Assembly (NCBI GenBank): GCA_049840815.1 | Contig: JASGJI010000019.1 | Span: 128,613 to 192,612 of the forward strand | DNA from: Thermomicrobiales bacterium | GTDB taxonomy: Bacteria > Chloroflexota > Chloroflexia > Thermomicrobiales > UBA6265 | Direction of reading: 5' to 3' | Length of the DNA: 64,000 bases | In this document: piece after piece, positions 29,034-39,562 of the stretch | How the letters are laid out: every line of letters starts with the position of its first letter | How positions within the stretch are numbered: position 1 is the stretch's first letter | Program-made: the position numbers and the translations under genes | Notes under the pieces: model-generated | Database searches by the model: none | What the model saw: only the letters and a program-made list of their open reading frames with translations | Told to the model about the DNA's origin: nothing

Positions 29034-29902
29034 GATGGCGGTCGCGTGGTGTCGATAGCGTCGTCGGGGGATGCGGAGTCGTCTACCGGGGAGAGCCAGG
29101 CCGCATCGGTCACCGTTCGCCAGGAGACCAACTCCGCGTCAGCGCTCGGCGCGTCGGGCGAGGAATCCGCAGCACGCGCGGTCTGGGGTGCCGGAGTCGT
29201 GGTTGTGGTGGTGATCGTCGGAGCCGCTGACGCGCGACGCCCTCCCGGACGAGAGACCTCGACGGACGCCGTCCACCCATCCCAGACGCTAGTGCCCGCG
29301 ATCGGCTCTCCCTGGGCCAGCGAACCGGCAGGCGGGGCTGGCGCTGCGACGGGCATCGCATCCCGCCAGCTGGCCTCGGTCAACGCGGCCATATCGGCGC
29401 TCACGCCCCAGCCATCATCGCTGAGCGCCTCTCGGGGAGAGGCCCGGAAGTCCGCATCCTGGAGTTCGGTCGATCGTGCGGTAATCCACGTCGACCTCGG
29501 CTGGGAGATCGTCTCGCGGACCGGCAGGGACTGCTCATCCTCACGCAGGACCCCGACTGCGCGAATGATGCCCGTGATGGCCGCATGCACCACCAGCAGG
29601 GCGAGCCAGGCTAGTCCGACCCGGTCGATCCAGATCCGTTCCGGCGACTGAATCAGATTGACGAGAAAGAGGAGGGGAATGCCGGTCAGGAAGAGCGAGC
29701 AGTGAAAACGCAGGAACCCGTACCCACCCCACCATGCCGCGCTCGTCGGGAACCAGCCGAACGCACGCCGAGGGGGCTGCCCGGGCGAACGGCCAGCTGG
29801 CATGGATCGATGCATGACCGGAGTCGGATGCGATGGCACTTCCATAGGACGCGGGAACCCTGCTTCGCTGGTGATCGGATGACAGCTCCGACTATCGGGC
29901 AA
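29030..29902 (-). CDS. 2TM-domain membrane protein with a low-complexity tail; start uncertain
   Basis: FLRFHCSLFLTGIPLLFLVNL...WLALLVVHA; ATGA overlap with the NUDIX gene. Confidence 0.6.
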   Translation of the reverse strand: MPDSRSCHPITSEAGFPRPMEVPSHPTPVMHRSMPAGRSPGQPPRRAFGWFPTSAAWWGGYGFLRFHCSLFLTGIPLLFLVNLIQSPERIWIDRVGLAWLALLVVHAAITGIIRAVGVLREDEQSLPVRETISQPRSTWITARSTELQDADFRASPREALSDDGWGVSADMAALTEASWRDAMPVAAPAPPAGSLAQGEPIAGTSVWDGWTASVEVSRPGGRRASAAPTITTTTTTPAPQTARAADSSPDAPSADAELVSWRTVTDAAWLSPVDDSASPDDAIDTTRPPS

Positions 29903-30364
29903 GGATACTATCTCGATCCCGTCGCTGGCGTTGATCCCGGAACATTCGGCCAGACCATGTACCGCAAGGCCGATTCAGACGGACACTCGGCGGCTGCCCA
30001 CGCAGGGTCGAGGGGGATGGATTGGAGACGAAAATCAGGGGCCACGGCGAGCCTGCTGGAGCGGCGGCACAGAGGTTGCACCATCGTCCATAGTCCGCAG
30101 AAGATGCCCGGGGAAAGCCGAAGCTGTTTGTGAAAAGTGGTACAATCTGGGTAACAGATTCTGGGATGTTCGCTCGCGTCAACGTATCGATCCACCATCC
30201 CGCTTCGCCTCTGCCTGGCGCGCTGGCCATCCCACCCAGTATCCGTGCGAGATCGCTGCACGGCACCGTTACCCTCCTTCTCGTCCGCTCCGTGGTTGTG
30301 CTGGACAGGCTTTCGGCATCGCGCTCGTCCAGCGTTTCAGGAATCCCCTGGTCGAGGTACCACC

Positions 30365-30757
30365 ATGTCCCAGCCCGCACCCGTCCTCAGCACGCGCGAC
30401 ACGATCCGTGGCAATACGCCCATGCACTGCCCGATTTGCGATCGGGAACTGACCAACGTCATTGTCCGCGATCTCGGTGGCGTCACGGCCTCCATCATCT
30501 GGCAGTTGCACGCCGGTGAATGCCCGGAGCATGGCTGGTTCCAGACGGAGTTCGTCTCGCGTCCGCCGCGAGAGATCTTCGCGGTCACGCGGCCGTTCGG
30601 TGCCGCCCGCCGTGTGGTGCTCAATGGTCGCGAGTACTACTCCTTCTCCACGGTCTGGAACGATCTGACCGCCGAAGAGAAGCGGAAGCCCGTGAATCCC
30701 CTCGACGCTCGCTACTGGGCGACGCGGCCGGTTGCCCCGGAAAAAGCAACCGCCTGA
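30365..30757 (+). CDS. Hypothetical protein with a putative zinc ribbon
   Basis: CPIC...CPEH, GAGG RBS, followed by a terminator. Confidence 0.75.
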   Translation: MSQPAPVLSTRDTIRGNTPMHCPICDRELTNVIVRDLGGVTASIIWQLHAGECPEHGWFQTEFVSRPPREIFAVTRPFGAARRVVLNGREYYSFSTVWNDLTAEEKRKPVNPLDARYWATRPVAPEKATA

Positions 30758-30789
30758 TCCCGGCTCCGAATCCGGACATGCCCGCCGAA

Positions 30790-30827
30790 ACCACACCACC
30801 TGCATCTGCACGTGGTGTGGTCTTTTT
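30790..30827 (+). terminator. Intrinsic terminator
   Basis: ACCACACCAC/GTGGTGTGGT stem followed by CTTTTT. Confidence 0.75.
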
Positions 30828-30988
30828 ATGGAACGACGGCGTAGGGCGGAAGACCTTCGCGTTCGGGTACAGTTAGCCGCAAATCAACGGTGCAGTCACC
30901 CCGTCTGGTTGGGGATGACAGGTCCTCGGAACGTGTGGGTTCCCTTTGACCTGCCGCACATCATTATTGGGGGGGAGCAACGGCGATC

Positions 30989-32380
30989 ATGAGTTCGAAC
31001 GCGGCGACAGGATCGCCCCGGCTGCCCGCTCCGGGCGATCAGGGCGGCCCGTCCAACGGCCAGTTTCGCGGCATCACGCCGCTGTCGCTCTTCCTCATCC
31101 TCATCCTCGTCTGGGTGATGGTCCAGATCCAGATCGTGCTGGTGCTTGGCCTGCTGGCCCTGCTCCTCGGAACGATCCTGGAAGGACCCGTCTCCCTGCT
31201 CCAGCGACGGCACATGCCACGTCCGGCCGCGATTGCTGCCGTCTACGTCGGGCTGATCGGCGGCCTCGCCTTGCTCGTCTTCGCCATCGCGCCGCTGGTG
31301 GGCGATCAGGCCTCGACCTTTCGGGCCGAGGTGCCGGAGAAACTGCACGAGCTGGAGGCGAGCTGGTCGAAGAGCTCGAATCCGATCCTCAGCGGAGTCG
31401 GCGACCAGCTGCTGCTGGATGCGATCGACATCGTCGATTCGCCAGGCGGTGAAGTGAATGTCTCCCCGGACGCTGCCCAGCAGATCCTGCCGGTTGTGAC
31501 GTCCATCGGTTCGGTCATCGTCTCCCTGATCAGCTTGCTCGTCGTAACCTTCTACTACCTGCTCGAAAAAGCATTCCTGAAGCGGGTCGTCCTCGACCAG
31601 ATCACGAATACCGCCCGGCGCGATCGGGTCGCTCGCGTCTGGAATGACGTCGAACGCAAGGTCGGCGGCTGGATGCGCGGCCAGTTGGTGCTGTGTCTCA
31701 TCATCGGCGCCATCGCCACGGTGAGTTACGGCATCATCGGGTTGCCCTTCTGGCCGTTGCTTGGCCTCTGGGCCGGACTGACCGAGTTCTTCCCGATCGT
31801 CGGTCCGTGGATCGGTGGTATTCCCGCCGTCATCCTCGCGCTGACCGTTGGGTGGAAGGAGGCGATCTTCACCGGCGGCATCATCTTCCTCATGCAGACG
31901 CTGGAGAACTGGTTCCTCGTCCCTCGGGTGATGAAGGGCGCGGTGGGGCTGACGCCGCTGACCGTATTCGTCGCGATCCTAGCCGGGCAGCAATTCCTGG
32001 GGGTCGTGGGAGCCATTCTCGCCATTCCGATCGCGGCGACCATCCAGGTGATCCTGAGCGACTACCTCGCTGGCCGACGCGAGGAGGGATTCGACGCGGA
32101 GCCCGTGCCCACAGGATGGCGCTGGATGCTCAATCGCGGCGGGCTGCGCGATGACGGCGTCGACCCGGATACCCACCTCGGCCAGACACAGGTCGAGAGT
32201 GTCGTGACCACGCCGCCTCCCGCCGGGAACGCACCCTCACCGGCCCTGGCATTCGTGACGTCCGCCGCTCCCGACGCCGCGCCCAAGGCCTCGGACGCGG
32301 GCTTCAGTTGGCACCGCCCGGAGGATCGGCCTGCCCGCCCGGGCGACGACGCCCCATCGGATGGCGGCACCCGCGGCTAG
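30989..32380 (+). CDS. AI-2E family (UPF0118) transporter
   Basis: GGWMRGQ, FFPIVGPWI, ENWFLVPRVM motifs. Confidence 0.9.
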   Translation: MSSNAATGSPRLPAPGDQGGPSNGQFRGITPLSLFLILILVWVMVQIQIVLVLGLLALLLGTILEGPVSLLQRRHMPRPAAIAAVYVGLIGGLALLVFAIAPLVGDQASTFRAEVPEKLHELEASWSKSSNPILSGVGDQLLLDAIDIVDSPGGEVNVSPDAAQQILPVVTSIGSVIVSLISLLVVTFYYLLEKAFLKRVVLDQITNTARRDRVARVWNDVERKVGGWMRGQLVLCLIIGAIATVSYGIIGLPFWPLLGLWAGLTEFFPIVGPWIGGIPAVILALTVGWKEAIFTGGIIFLMQTLENWFLVPRVMKGAVGLTPLTVFVAILAGQQFLGVVGAILAIPIAATIQVILSDYLAGRREEGFDAEPVPTGWRWMLNRGGLRDDGVDPDTHLGQTQVESVVTTPPPAGNAPSPALAFVTSAAPDAAPKASDAGFSWHRPEDRPARPGDDAPSDGGTRG

Positions 32381-32524
32381 CGCTCCCGTGATGGCATCAA
32401 TCAGGCAATGTCCTGCCCGAACGATCAGGCAGGTGGCGGATGTCCACCCTCCCTGCAGCGCGTGAGAATCACCGAAGGGAGCGATTGTTGCGCTCCCGGA
32501 CGACATTCCGAGGAAGAGGTACCC

Positions 32525-33325
32525 GTGACCGATACCACAGCCACCCATCCGATCAAGGTCAGCATTCAGGTCCAGCCGCAACATGCGACCTACAAACAGC
32601 AGCGGGCGGCCTGGGTCGCCGCCGACGACCTCGGTGTGGACGTGATCTTCAACTGGGATCACTTCTACCCCCTGAGCGGAGATCCGGACGGCGCGCACTT
32701 CGAGGCCTATACGCTGCTCGCGGCGATGGCCGAAGTGACCGAACGCGCGAAGATCGCTCCGCTGGTCACGTGCAACTCCTATCGCAATCCGAACCTGCTT
32801 GCCGACATGGCCCGCACCATCGACCACATCTCGGGCGGCCGCTTCATTCTCGGTATCGGTTCCGGCTGGTTCGAGAAGGACTACGATGCGTATGGCTATG
32901 AGTTCGGGACGGCGGCCAGCCGGCTCCAGGACCTGAAGCGCGACCTGCCGATCATCGAGGAGCGGATGGCGAAGCTGAATCCGGGTCCGGTGAATGGCCA
33001 CATCCCGATGCTGATCGGCGGTGGAGGGGAGAAGGTGACACTGCGCCTCGTCGCGAAGCATGCCGACATCTGGCATGGCTTCGGGGATCTGGAGACGGCA
33101 CAGCGCAAGGTGCAGATCCTCGACGAGTGGTGCGAGAAGGAAGGCCGCGACCCGAAGACGATCGAGCGGTCAGTCGGCGTCTCTCCGGCGACGCAGAAGG
33201 ACCTCGAAGGCTTCATCGCGGCGGGGATCACCCACTTCACGGCCAGCGCATCCGGCCCAGACTACGACTTCGGCTTCCTGCGCGAGCTGATCGAGTGGCG
33301 CGACAGCCGCCAGCGCACCACGTAG
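32525..33325 (+). CDS. LLM-class (probably F420-dependent) oxidoreductase
   Basis: NWDHFYPL, LVTCNSYRNPNLLADMARTIDHISGGRFILGIGSGW. Confidence 0.9.
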   Translation: MTDTTATHPIKVSIQVQPQHATYKQQRAAWVAADDLGVDVIFNWDHFYPLSGDPDGAHFEAYTLLAAMAEVTERAKIAPLVTCNSYRNPNLLADMARTIDHISGGRFILGIGSGWFEKDYDAYGYEFGTAASRLQDLKRDLPIIEERMAKLNPGPVNGHIPMLIGGGGEKVTLRLVAKHADIWHGFGDLETAQRKVQILDEWCEKEGRDPKTIERSVGVSPATQKDLEGFIAAGITHFTASASGPDYDFGFLRELIEWRDSRQRTT

Positions 33326-33381
33326 GGCGGATCACCGCAGCCCGGTCGTCCACGAAGGCAGCATCCGGCAGACAGACACAC

Positions 33382-33415
33382 CAAGGGGCGAGCCACGTAC
33401 GTGGCTCGCCCCTTG
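33382..33415. terminator. Perfect 34-bp palindrome between convergent genes
   Basis: CAAGGGGCGAGCCACGTACGTGGCTCGCCCCTTG. Confidence 0.65.
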
Positions 33416-33441
33416 TGATTCCGGGCACGGAAGACGTGCGA

Positions 33442-33633
33442 TCACGCGCGGGTCTTGTTGCGCCGAACAATGGTCGAGATGATATACGAGACCACAAACG
33501 CGAAAATCGCGAAGAAGATGGCGCCATACACGACCTGTTGCGTCGAACCGCCAAAGATCAGGCTCATCACCACCCAGATGACCACGGCGATCACGGCCGC
33601 AATGACAGAACTGCGAACGGTTTCCTGCTGCAT
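33442..33633 (-). CDS. Small two-TM membrane protein
   Basis: 63 aa, two hydrophobic helices, basic tail, GGGG RBS. Confidence 0.65.
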   Translation of the reverse strand: MQQETVRSSVIAAVIAVVIWVVMSLIFGGSTQQVVYGAIFFAIFAFVVSYIISTIVRRNKTRA

Positions 33634-33895
33634 GGTTGCCCCCTGCTTCGAAATACGGTTTCCGGCGCCCCGACTGAGACGCACCATCCACCGCCGATCC
33701 GCGTCATCCGTCGATTCCCTCTTCGCACAGGAGGCTCGTGCGGTCCGCTATCCCGAGTTGCCAATGACCGGAAGCGGCCTGCATCCGGGGATGCGGTCAT
33801 CATCCAGCAATGGCAAGTTTTCTGCCATCCATTTGGACAGAACACAGCGGCTCTATGGCCAACCTTTCATCTCGCGACGCCGATCGACCGGGCCA

Positions 33896-35944
33896 CTACG
33901 TTGCCGCGATAGCAAACCCCTTGCCAAATGCGGTGAGACCCTCGATTACGAAAGGCACCATCGAGGCCGGCGGATCGACGGTGGGTTGGATGCTTCCCGT
34001 CTCCGCGTTCGCGCGCAGGCCGAGTAGCGCCCGCACCGCGAGCAGCCCCGATCCCGCCGCCCACGCCTGCGGAATGCAACTCACCGGGTAGTTCACCGGT
34101 CCGCGTTCCGGCTCCTGAGGGAAGCCGCAATAGAGCTCCGCCAGACGTGCGTTCGGCGCGAATCCGGCGAGCTCGACCAACCCGCGCGCGAGCGATGCCG
34201 CTTCCTGATGAAAGCCGTAGTCGGCGAGGCCCGCCATCGCCAGGCTGCTATCGTGCGGCCAGATCGACCCGTTGTGGTAGCTCAGCGGGTTATAGGTCGC
34301 CATCGAGGTGCCCAGCGTACGCACGCCCCAACCGCAATTCAGCTCCGGCGACATCAGCATCGCCGCGACCCGCGCCGCGCGCTCGGGCGAGGGCAGGCGG
34401 CAGAAAAGCAGATGCCCCGGATTTGAGCTGATGGCGTCCACCTGCCGCTTCTGGCCGTCCAGCGCCTGCGCGTAGAAGCCGGCATCCTCCATCCAGTAAC
34501 GATCCTCGACGGTCTGGCGGACGCGCTCGGCTTTCGCCGCCAATTCGTCGGCCCAGGCGAGATCGCCCCGCCGACGCGCGGCATCGGCGAGACCGGCGTA
34601 GGCCGCATAGAGATAACCCTGCACCTCCACCAGCGCGATCGGCCCCTCCACCTCGCGCCCATCGGCGAAGTGGAGCGAGTCGAAGCTGTCCTTCCACCCC
34701 TGCTGCGTGATGTGGACGGCATCGTTCGCCTTCGCGCCGAACTCCAGCAGCCCGTCGCCATCGAGATCGCCGCGCGTTTCGATCCACTCCAGCGCCCGCT
34801 TCACGTGCGGCATGAGTTCATCGTAAAGCGCATCGTCACGATGCCAGCGGTCATATTCGGCGACCGTCATCACAAAGAGCGGCGTCGAATCGACCGAGCC
34901 GTAATAGGGCGAATGCGGCGCCTGCCCGCTGCGAGCCATGTCGCCATAGCGCATCTCGTGGAGGATCTTGCCCGGCTCCTCCTCCCGCCACGGATCGTCC
35001 TTCGTGCCCTGCAACGCCGCCAGCACGCGGAGGGTGGATGCCGCGCGGTCCGGATAGACGTGCATGGTCTGCAACGCGACGACGAGGCTATCGCGACCGA
35101 ATGGCGCGATGAACCAGGGGATGCCCGCCGCCGGAATCGCGCCTTCCGGGAATGAGGTGTAGAGCAATGCCAGGTCGGCATCGCACCTCGCGATGAACGC
35201 ATCCAGGGCAGGATCGGCAGAGGTAAACCCAAGGCGTGGGCGGAACGACGCATCCTCGCCATCGGCCGGGGCCGCGATCAGGGGCGTGCCAGCCGGTTTC
35301 GGGGCGATCGACAGGTCGATCGTCGCCGACTCCCCATGCGCGAGAGCGAGCGGCCATCGGAGTGTCACGGTGCCACCGGCTTCCGGCTCGAACGACACGT
35401 CGGCGTTGCCCGGCGCAGGCGAGAGCGTGACATCCGTGGCGATGGCGACGCCATCGGTGCCGGTCGCGGTGAAGGCGACCGTATTGCCATCCACGATCGG
35501 AGCGGCGAGCGTGGGGCGGGTCGTCGGCGTCATGCCGCGCACATCGAACATGTCGCGGAAGTCGACACCGAGGTCGATCTCCAGCGCTACGGAGACCGGT
35601 TGCCCATCGAAATTGCTGATCCGCGTGCGGACGTGGAGGGCATCGGTGAGCCAGATGCGCTGCTCCACGAAGAGGGATTGCCCCTGCAATCGACGCGGTT
35701 CCCCGCCCTCGGACTCCGGAACGATGAAGAGCTCCGGGGCGGCGGCAGAGATCTCCAGCGTCGCCGCATCGACCTGGCGGAGATCGAGGATCTCCAGCGC
35801 CTTGCCGTGGATGCGCGTCTCGAAACGCGAGAGGAACCGCGTGTCGCGGACAAAGAGGCCGGACTCATCCATGCCGGATCGTTGCTGGGGGCGTCCAAAG
35901 AGGCAGAGTTCGTTGTTCTTGAGCATCAGGTCGAGGTGCAGCAT
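33896..35944 (-). CDS. Glycogen debranching/amylo-alpha-1,6-glucosidase-like glycoside hydrolase
   Basis: AGIPWFIAPFGRDS, EEEPGKILHEMR, QGWKDS, YHNGSIWPHD. Confidence 0.9.
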   Translation of the reverse strand: MLHLDLMLKNNELCLFGRPQQRSGMDESGLFVRDTRFLSRFETRIHGKALEILDLRQVDAATLEISAAAPELFIVPESEGGEPRRLQGQSLFVEQRIWLTDALHVRTRISNFDGQPVSVALEIDLGVDFRDMFDVRGMTPTTRPTLAAPIVDGNTVAFTATGTDGVAIATDVTLSPAPGNADVSFEPEAGGTVTLRWPLALAHGESATIDLSIAPKPAGTPLIAAPADGEDASFRPRLGFTSADPALDAFIARCDADLALLYTSFPEGAIPAAGIPWFIAPFGRDSLVVALQTMHVYPDRAASTLRVLAALQGTKDDPWREEEPGKILHEMRYGDMARSGQAPHSPYYGSVDSTPLFVMTVAEYDRWHRDDALYDELMPHVKRALEWIETRGDLDGDGLLEFGAKANDAVHITQQGWKDSFDSLHFADGREVEGPIALVEVQGYLYAAYAGLADAARRRGDLAWADELAAKAERVRQTVEDRYWMEDAGFYAQALDGQKRQVDAISSNPGHLLFCRLPSPERAARVAAMLMSPELNCGWGVRTLGTSMATYNPLSYHNGSIWPHDSSLAMAGLADYGFHQEAASLARGLVELAGFAPNARLAELYCGFPQEPERGPVNYPVSCIPQAWAAGSGLLAVRALLGLRANAETGSIQPTVDPPASMVPFVIEGLTAFGKGFAIAAT

Positions 35945-36074
35945 ACGGGCAATGCGGGCCTTTCCAGGTGCGAGTGCGCGGTTGGTTCCAGGGAGCCGGG
36001 TTGCAGCGTGGAAACACCGGGATGATACCGGACGCGCGGCCTGCGAGAACCAGGCCGCGCATGATACGGGCTGG

Positions 36075-37007
36075 CTATCCCTTCACGCCCGAAGAAACGT
36101 TGCTGGCAATGAAGTAGCGCTGGAAGACGAGGAAGAAGAGCGCGATGGGCACCGTGGTGATCACGGCGATGGCCATCAGCACCGGCCAGTTCGCCTGGTA
36201 CTGCGACTTGAAGTTCGCCAGGCCGACCGGCAGGGTGTAGAGATCCGTGTTGCCGCCCGAGATGAAGATCAACGGCTCCAGGAAGTTGTTCCAGCTACCC
36301 TGGAAGCTGAAGATCGCGAGCGCGGAGACCGCGGGAATCGCGTTCGGCAGGATGATGGTGCGAAAGATCTGGAAGCGCGTCGCGCCATCAGTGCGAGCCG
36401 CGTCCTCCAGATCGATGGGGATCGATTCGAAGAATTGCTTCATCAGGAAGATGCCAAACGCATCCGCGAGGAAGGGAATCGTCAGCGCCCCGTACGTGTT
36501 CAGGATGCCGAGATCCTTCAACAGGATGAAGCGGGGGATGATCATCACGATACCCGGCACCATCATCGTCCCGAGGATGAGGGTGAACATGAAATCCCGC
36601 CCCGGAAACTGCATCCGGGCGAAGGCATAGCCAGCCAGCGTGTCGACCATCGCCCGCCCGATCACCCAGACGGCCGCGACGATCACGCTGTTCAGGAACC
36701 AGCGCTGGATGTTGGAATCGAGCGCCGTGCGATAGGCGGCCAGCGACCATTCGCGCGGCCAGAACATGGAGTCCAGCGTCAGGCTGGCGGCATCCGGCGC
36801 GGTCTTGAACGAGGTGGCGAGCGAGAAGAGGAAGGGCACGAACATCAGCAGGGCCACGAACACGAGGACCGTGAAGGCGATCCCCGTGATCACTCGCTGC
36901 CCGAGCGAGCGGCTGCCACGCACCTGCCCCTGGCGCAGGGTGGATCGCGGGGCCGGATTGTCCGTGCTGAAAGCCGAGTTGGTCGATGTCGACGGCGTCA
37001 TGGTCAT
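36075..37007 (-). CDS. Carbohydrate ABC permease (MalG-like)
   Basis: LEDAARTDGA EAA loop. Confidence 0.92.
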   Translation of the reverse strand: MTMTPSTSTNSAFSTDNPAPRSTLRQGQVRGSRSLGQRVITGIAFTVLVFVALLMFVPFLFSLATSFKTAPDAASLTLDSMFWPREWSLAAYRTALDSNIQRWFLNSVIVAAVWVIGRAMVDTLAGYAFARMQFPGRDFMFTLILGTMMVPGIVMIIPRFILLKDLGILNTYGALTIPFLADAFGIFLMKQFFESIPIDLEDAARTDGATRFQIFRTIILPNAIPAVSALAIFSFQGSWNNFLEPLIFISGGNTDLYTLPVGLANFKSQYQANWPVLMAIAVITTVPIALFFLVFQRYFIASNVSSGVKG

Positions 37008-37013
37008 CCTCTC

Positions 37014-38000
37014 CTATAGCTGTTCAGATCGGCCGATGACCCTGCGCTGCACGAAGTAGATCGCGAGGATGATCGCGAAGAGCACGATGGCGATGGCCGA
37101 TGCATAGCCCATCGCGAAGTTCTGGAATCCTTGCTGATAGACCAGGTATCCCAGGGTGAGCGTGGTCTTCGCGGGGGCGCCGCCGGGGGCCATGATGTAG
37201 ATCGAATCGAAGACCTGGAAGGTGCCGATGAATCCGAGGGTGACGACGAAGAAGATGACCGGGCGGAGAAGCGGGATCGTGATCCCGAAGAACTGCTGGC
37301 GGGCGTTCGAGCCGTCCAGCGCGGCGGCCTCATAGACATCCGGCGGGATGTCCTGCAGCCCGGCGAGGAAGATCACCATGTAGCTGCCCATCGAGGTCCA
37401 GATCGCCATCATCATGATCGAGAGGAGGGCGACGCTGGGGCCGGCCAGCCACGGATCGACGTGACCGATCCCGACATGGTTCAGCAGCATCTGGATCACG
37501 CCCTTCGGGTTCGCGAGCCAGGGTGGCTGGGGCGGCGCGAAGCCGATCTTCCGCAGCACGAAGTTGATCAGCCCATTCTGCTGGTAGAGCCACAGGAAGA
37601 TGACCGCGATCACCACGGTCGAGCTGATTGAGGGGAAGTAGAACGCGGTCCGAAAGAAGCCGCGCCCCCGGATCTTCTGGTTGGCCAGCACGGCCAGGAA
37701 GATGCCCAGGAACGTCTGGACTGGCACCACGCCGACGGAGTACCAGAGCGTGTTCCGGAGTGCGATCTCGAAATCGGGGTTCTTGAAGAAGTCCCGGTAA
37801 TTCTGAAGCCCTACCCACGGCTTCTCCGGCGTGATCACGCTCCACTGGTGGAAGCTGAGCCAGAAGATCTGGGCAATGGGCCAGAAGATGAAGACCGACA
37901 CGAGGATGATGGCCGGGGCGATGAAGATCCACCCGGCGATGGCGTCCTCGGTGGCGGTGGGATTGCGCGGGCGCTTCTGCCGCGACAACGCGAACTGCAT
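37014..38000 (-). CDS. Carbohydrate ABC permease (MalF-like)
   Basis: VYEAAALDGS EAA loop. Confidence 0.92.
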   Translation of the reverse strand: MQFALSRQKRPRNPTATEDAIAGWIFIAPAIILVSVFIFWPIAQIFWLSFHQWSVITPEKPWVGLQNYRDFFKNPDFEIALRNTLWYSVGVVPVQTFLGIFLAVLANQKIRGRGFFRTAFYFPSISSTVVIAVIFLWLYQQNGLINFVLRKIGFAPPQPPWLANPKGVIQMLLNHVGIGHVDPWLAGPSVALLSIMMMAIWTSMGSYMVIFLAGLQDIPPDVYEAAALDGSNARQQFFGITIPLLRPVIFFVVTLGFIGTFQVFDSIYIMAPGGAPAKTTLTLGYLVYQQGFQNFAMGYASAIAIVLFAIILAIYFVQRRVIGRSEQL

Positions 38001-38018
38001 GGTGACCCCCTGCAAACA

Positions 38019-38050
38019 GGGGAGGCCCGTCGTGTGCGACGGGCCTCCCC
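38019..38050 (-). other. Intra-operon stem-loop after the binding-protein gene
   Basis: 14-bp perfect stem; the position is typical of mRNA-stabilising hairpins in ABC operons. Confidence 0.55.
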
Positions 38051-38078
38051 TCCTCCCGGATCGAGCTGTCCGCGCTGA

Positions 38079-39416
38079 CTATTCGCCGGTGAGGGTGATG
38101 TCGGCGACAGCAGTGTCGTAGATCTGCTGCATGGCGGCATCGGCTTCGATCTGCCCGGCCCAGAGCGATTGCAGAATGGCATCGGCATCCTGCTGGAACT
38201 TCTGGCCACCCGGACCGTACTGGACGGAGGTGGCATAGGCGCCAGCTTCGACGTACGGCTTGCGCTCCGGGAAGAGTTCCAGCCAGCCCGCTTCGAGATC
38301 CGGGCGACCCGGAATCGCGAGACCGAGTTCACTGGCGATCTTCGCGCCTTCCGGTCCTGTCAGGAAATTGACGGCCACCCAGGCGGCGTCCGGATTCTTC
38401 GATCCCGAGAAGATGGAATAGGAGGTCGTGAACGCCGGGGTGCCCTTGCCCGCCGGACCGGCCGGAAGTTCGGCGACGGCGTACTTGCGATCCGGGTGGT
38501 CGGAGGCGAGACCCGGGAAGATCCAGTTCCCCTCGAACGCAACCGACGTCAGGCCCTGACCGTAGGCATCGCCCGGCCACCCTGCGCCGATGTCGGCAGA
38601 TGGGGTGCTGAGGCCGTCCTTGTAGAGCCCGTACATCTCGTTCAGCGCCGTCTTTGCCGCGTCGGAGTTGAGCTCGATCTGGGTCACTTCCGGGTTCGTC
38701 AGGCTGCCGCCCGCCTGGAAGAGCCAGATCACATAGCGCGCCATCTGGGGGTCCAACGCGAACTGGACGCTGCCCTTGCTGTCCTTCAACTTCTGGAGAG
38801 TGTCATGCAACTCGTCCCAGGTGGTGGGAACGGAGGCACCGGCCGCCTCGAAGGCGTCGGGATCGTAGACCATCGCGATCGGCGACCAGTCCTTCGGGAG
38901 ACCGTAGAGCTTGTCCTGCCAGGTGTAGGCGTCGATCAGCGGCGTATAGAACTCGTCCTTGGCGATGCCATCTTCGGTCAGGTAGTCGTCGATGGCGAGC
39001 AGGACGTTGCGGGACATGAAGTCCTGCGCGTATTCGTTCTGCACCATGAAGACATCGGCGACGTTGCCGGCGGCGATGTCCGCCTGGATCTTGGTCAGGT
39101 AGTCGGACGGAATCGGTTCGGCCTTCACCGTGATGTTCGGATACTTGGCAGAGAACGCAGCCCAGACCTTGTCCAGCTGCTTCATCTCCACTTCGCTCCA
39201 GAAGCCAGTAACGCGTACCTCTCCGGACGCACGTTCCGCGACCTTGGAGGTCGTCGCAACGGGCGACGCGGCCGGTGAGGCACCCGGCGTGGCCTGCGCG
39301 GCGGCGATGGAGCTTCCACCCATCAGGGCGGCGCCAGCGGCGAGACCGGCCCCGGACGCAATGAGTCCGCGGCGGGTAAGCGGTGTGGTGGATGCAAGTG
39401 GCGAACGACGATTCAT
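38079..39416 (-). CDS. Sugar ABC substrate-binding protein, Tat signal
   Basis: LTRRGLI signal, QATPGASPAASP linker, YGLPKDWS, FEGNW. Confidence 0.9.
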   Translation of the reverse strand: MNRRSPLASTTPLTRRGLIASGAGLAAGAALMGGSSIAAAQATPGASPAASPVATTSKVAERASGEVRVTGFWSEVEMKQLDKVWAAFSAKYPNITVKAEPIPSDYLTKIQADIAAGNVADVFMVQNEYAQDFMSRNVLLAIDDYLTEDGIAKDEFYTPLIDAYTWQDKLYGLPKDWSPIAMVYDPDAFEAAGASVPTTWDELHDTLQKLKDSKGSVQFALDPQMARYVIWLFQAGGSLTNPEVTQIELNSDAAKTALNEMYGLYKDGLSTPSADIGAGWPGDAYGQGLTSVAFEGNWIFPGLASDHPDRKYAVAELPAGPAGKGTPAFTTSYSIFSGSKNPDAAWVAVNFLTGPEGAKIASELGLAIPGRPDLEAGWLELFPERKPYVEAGAYATSVQYGPGGQKFQQDADAILQSLWAGQIEADAAMQQIYDTAVADITLTGE

Positions 39417-39562
39417 GGTGACCTCCGTTTGCCGCACCTGTTCCGGTGCGACGCGATGCGATCTGGAGACCCGGCATTCCCGTGATGCAGGCTGGTATGA
39501 CGGGAAAGCGCAGAATCCGTACCGCACGATGACGGGAACCACCGAAAGGAGTCAACTCTTGC

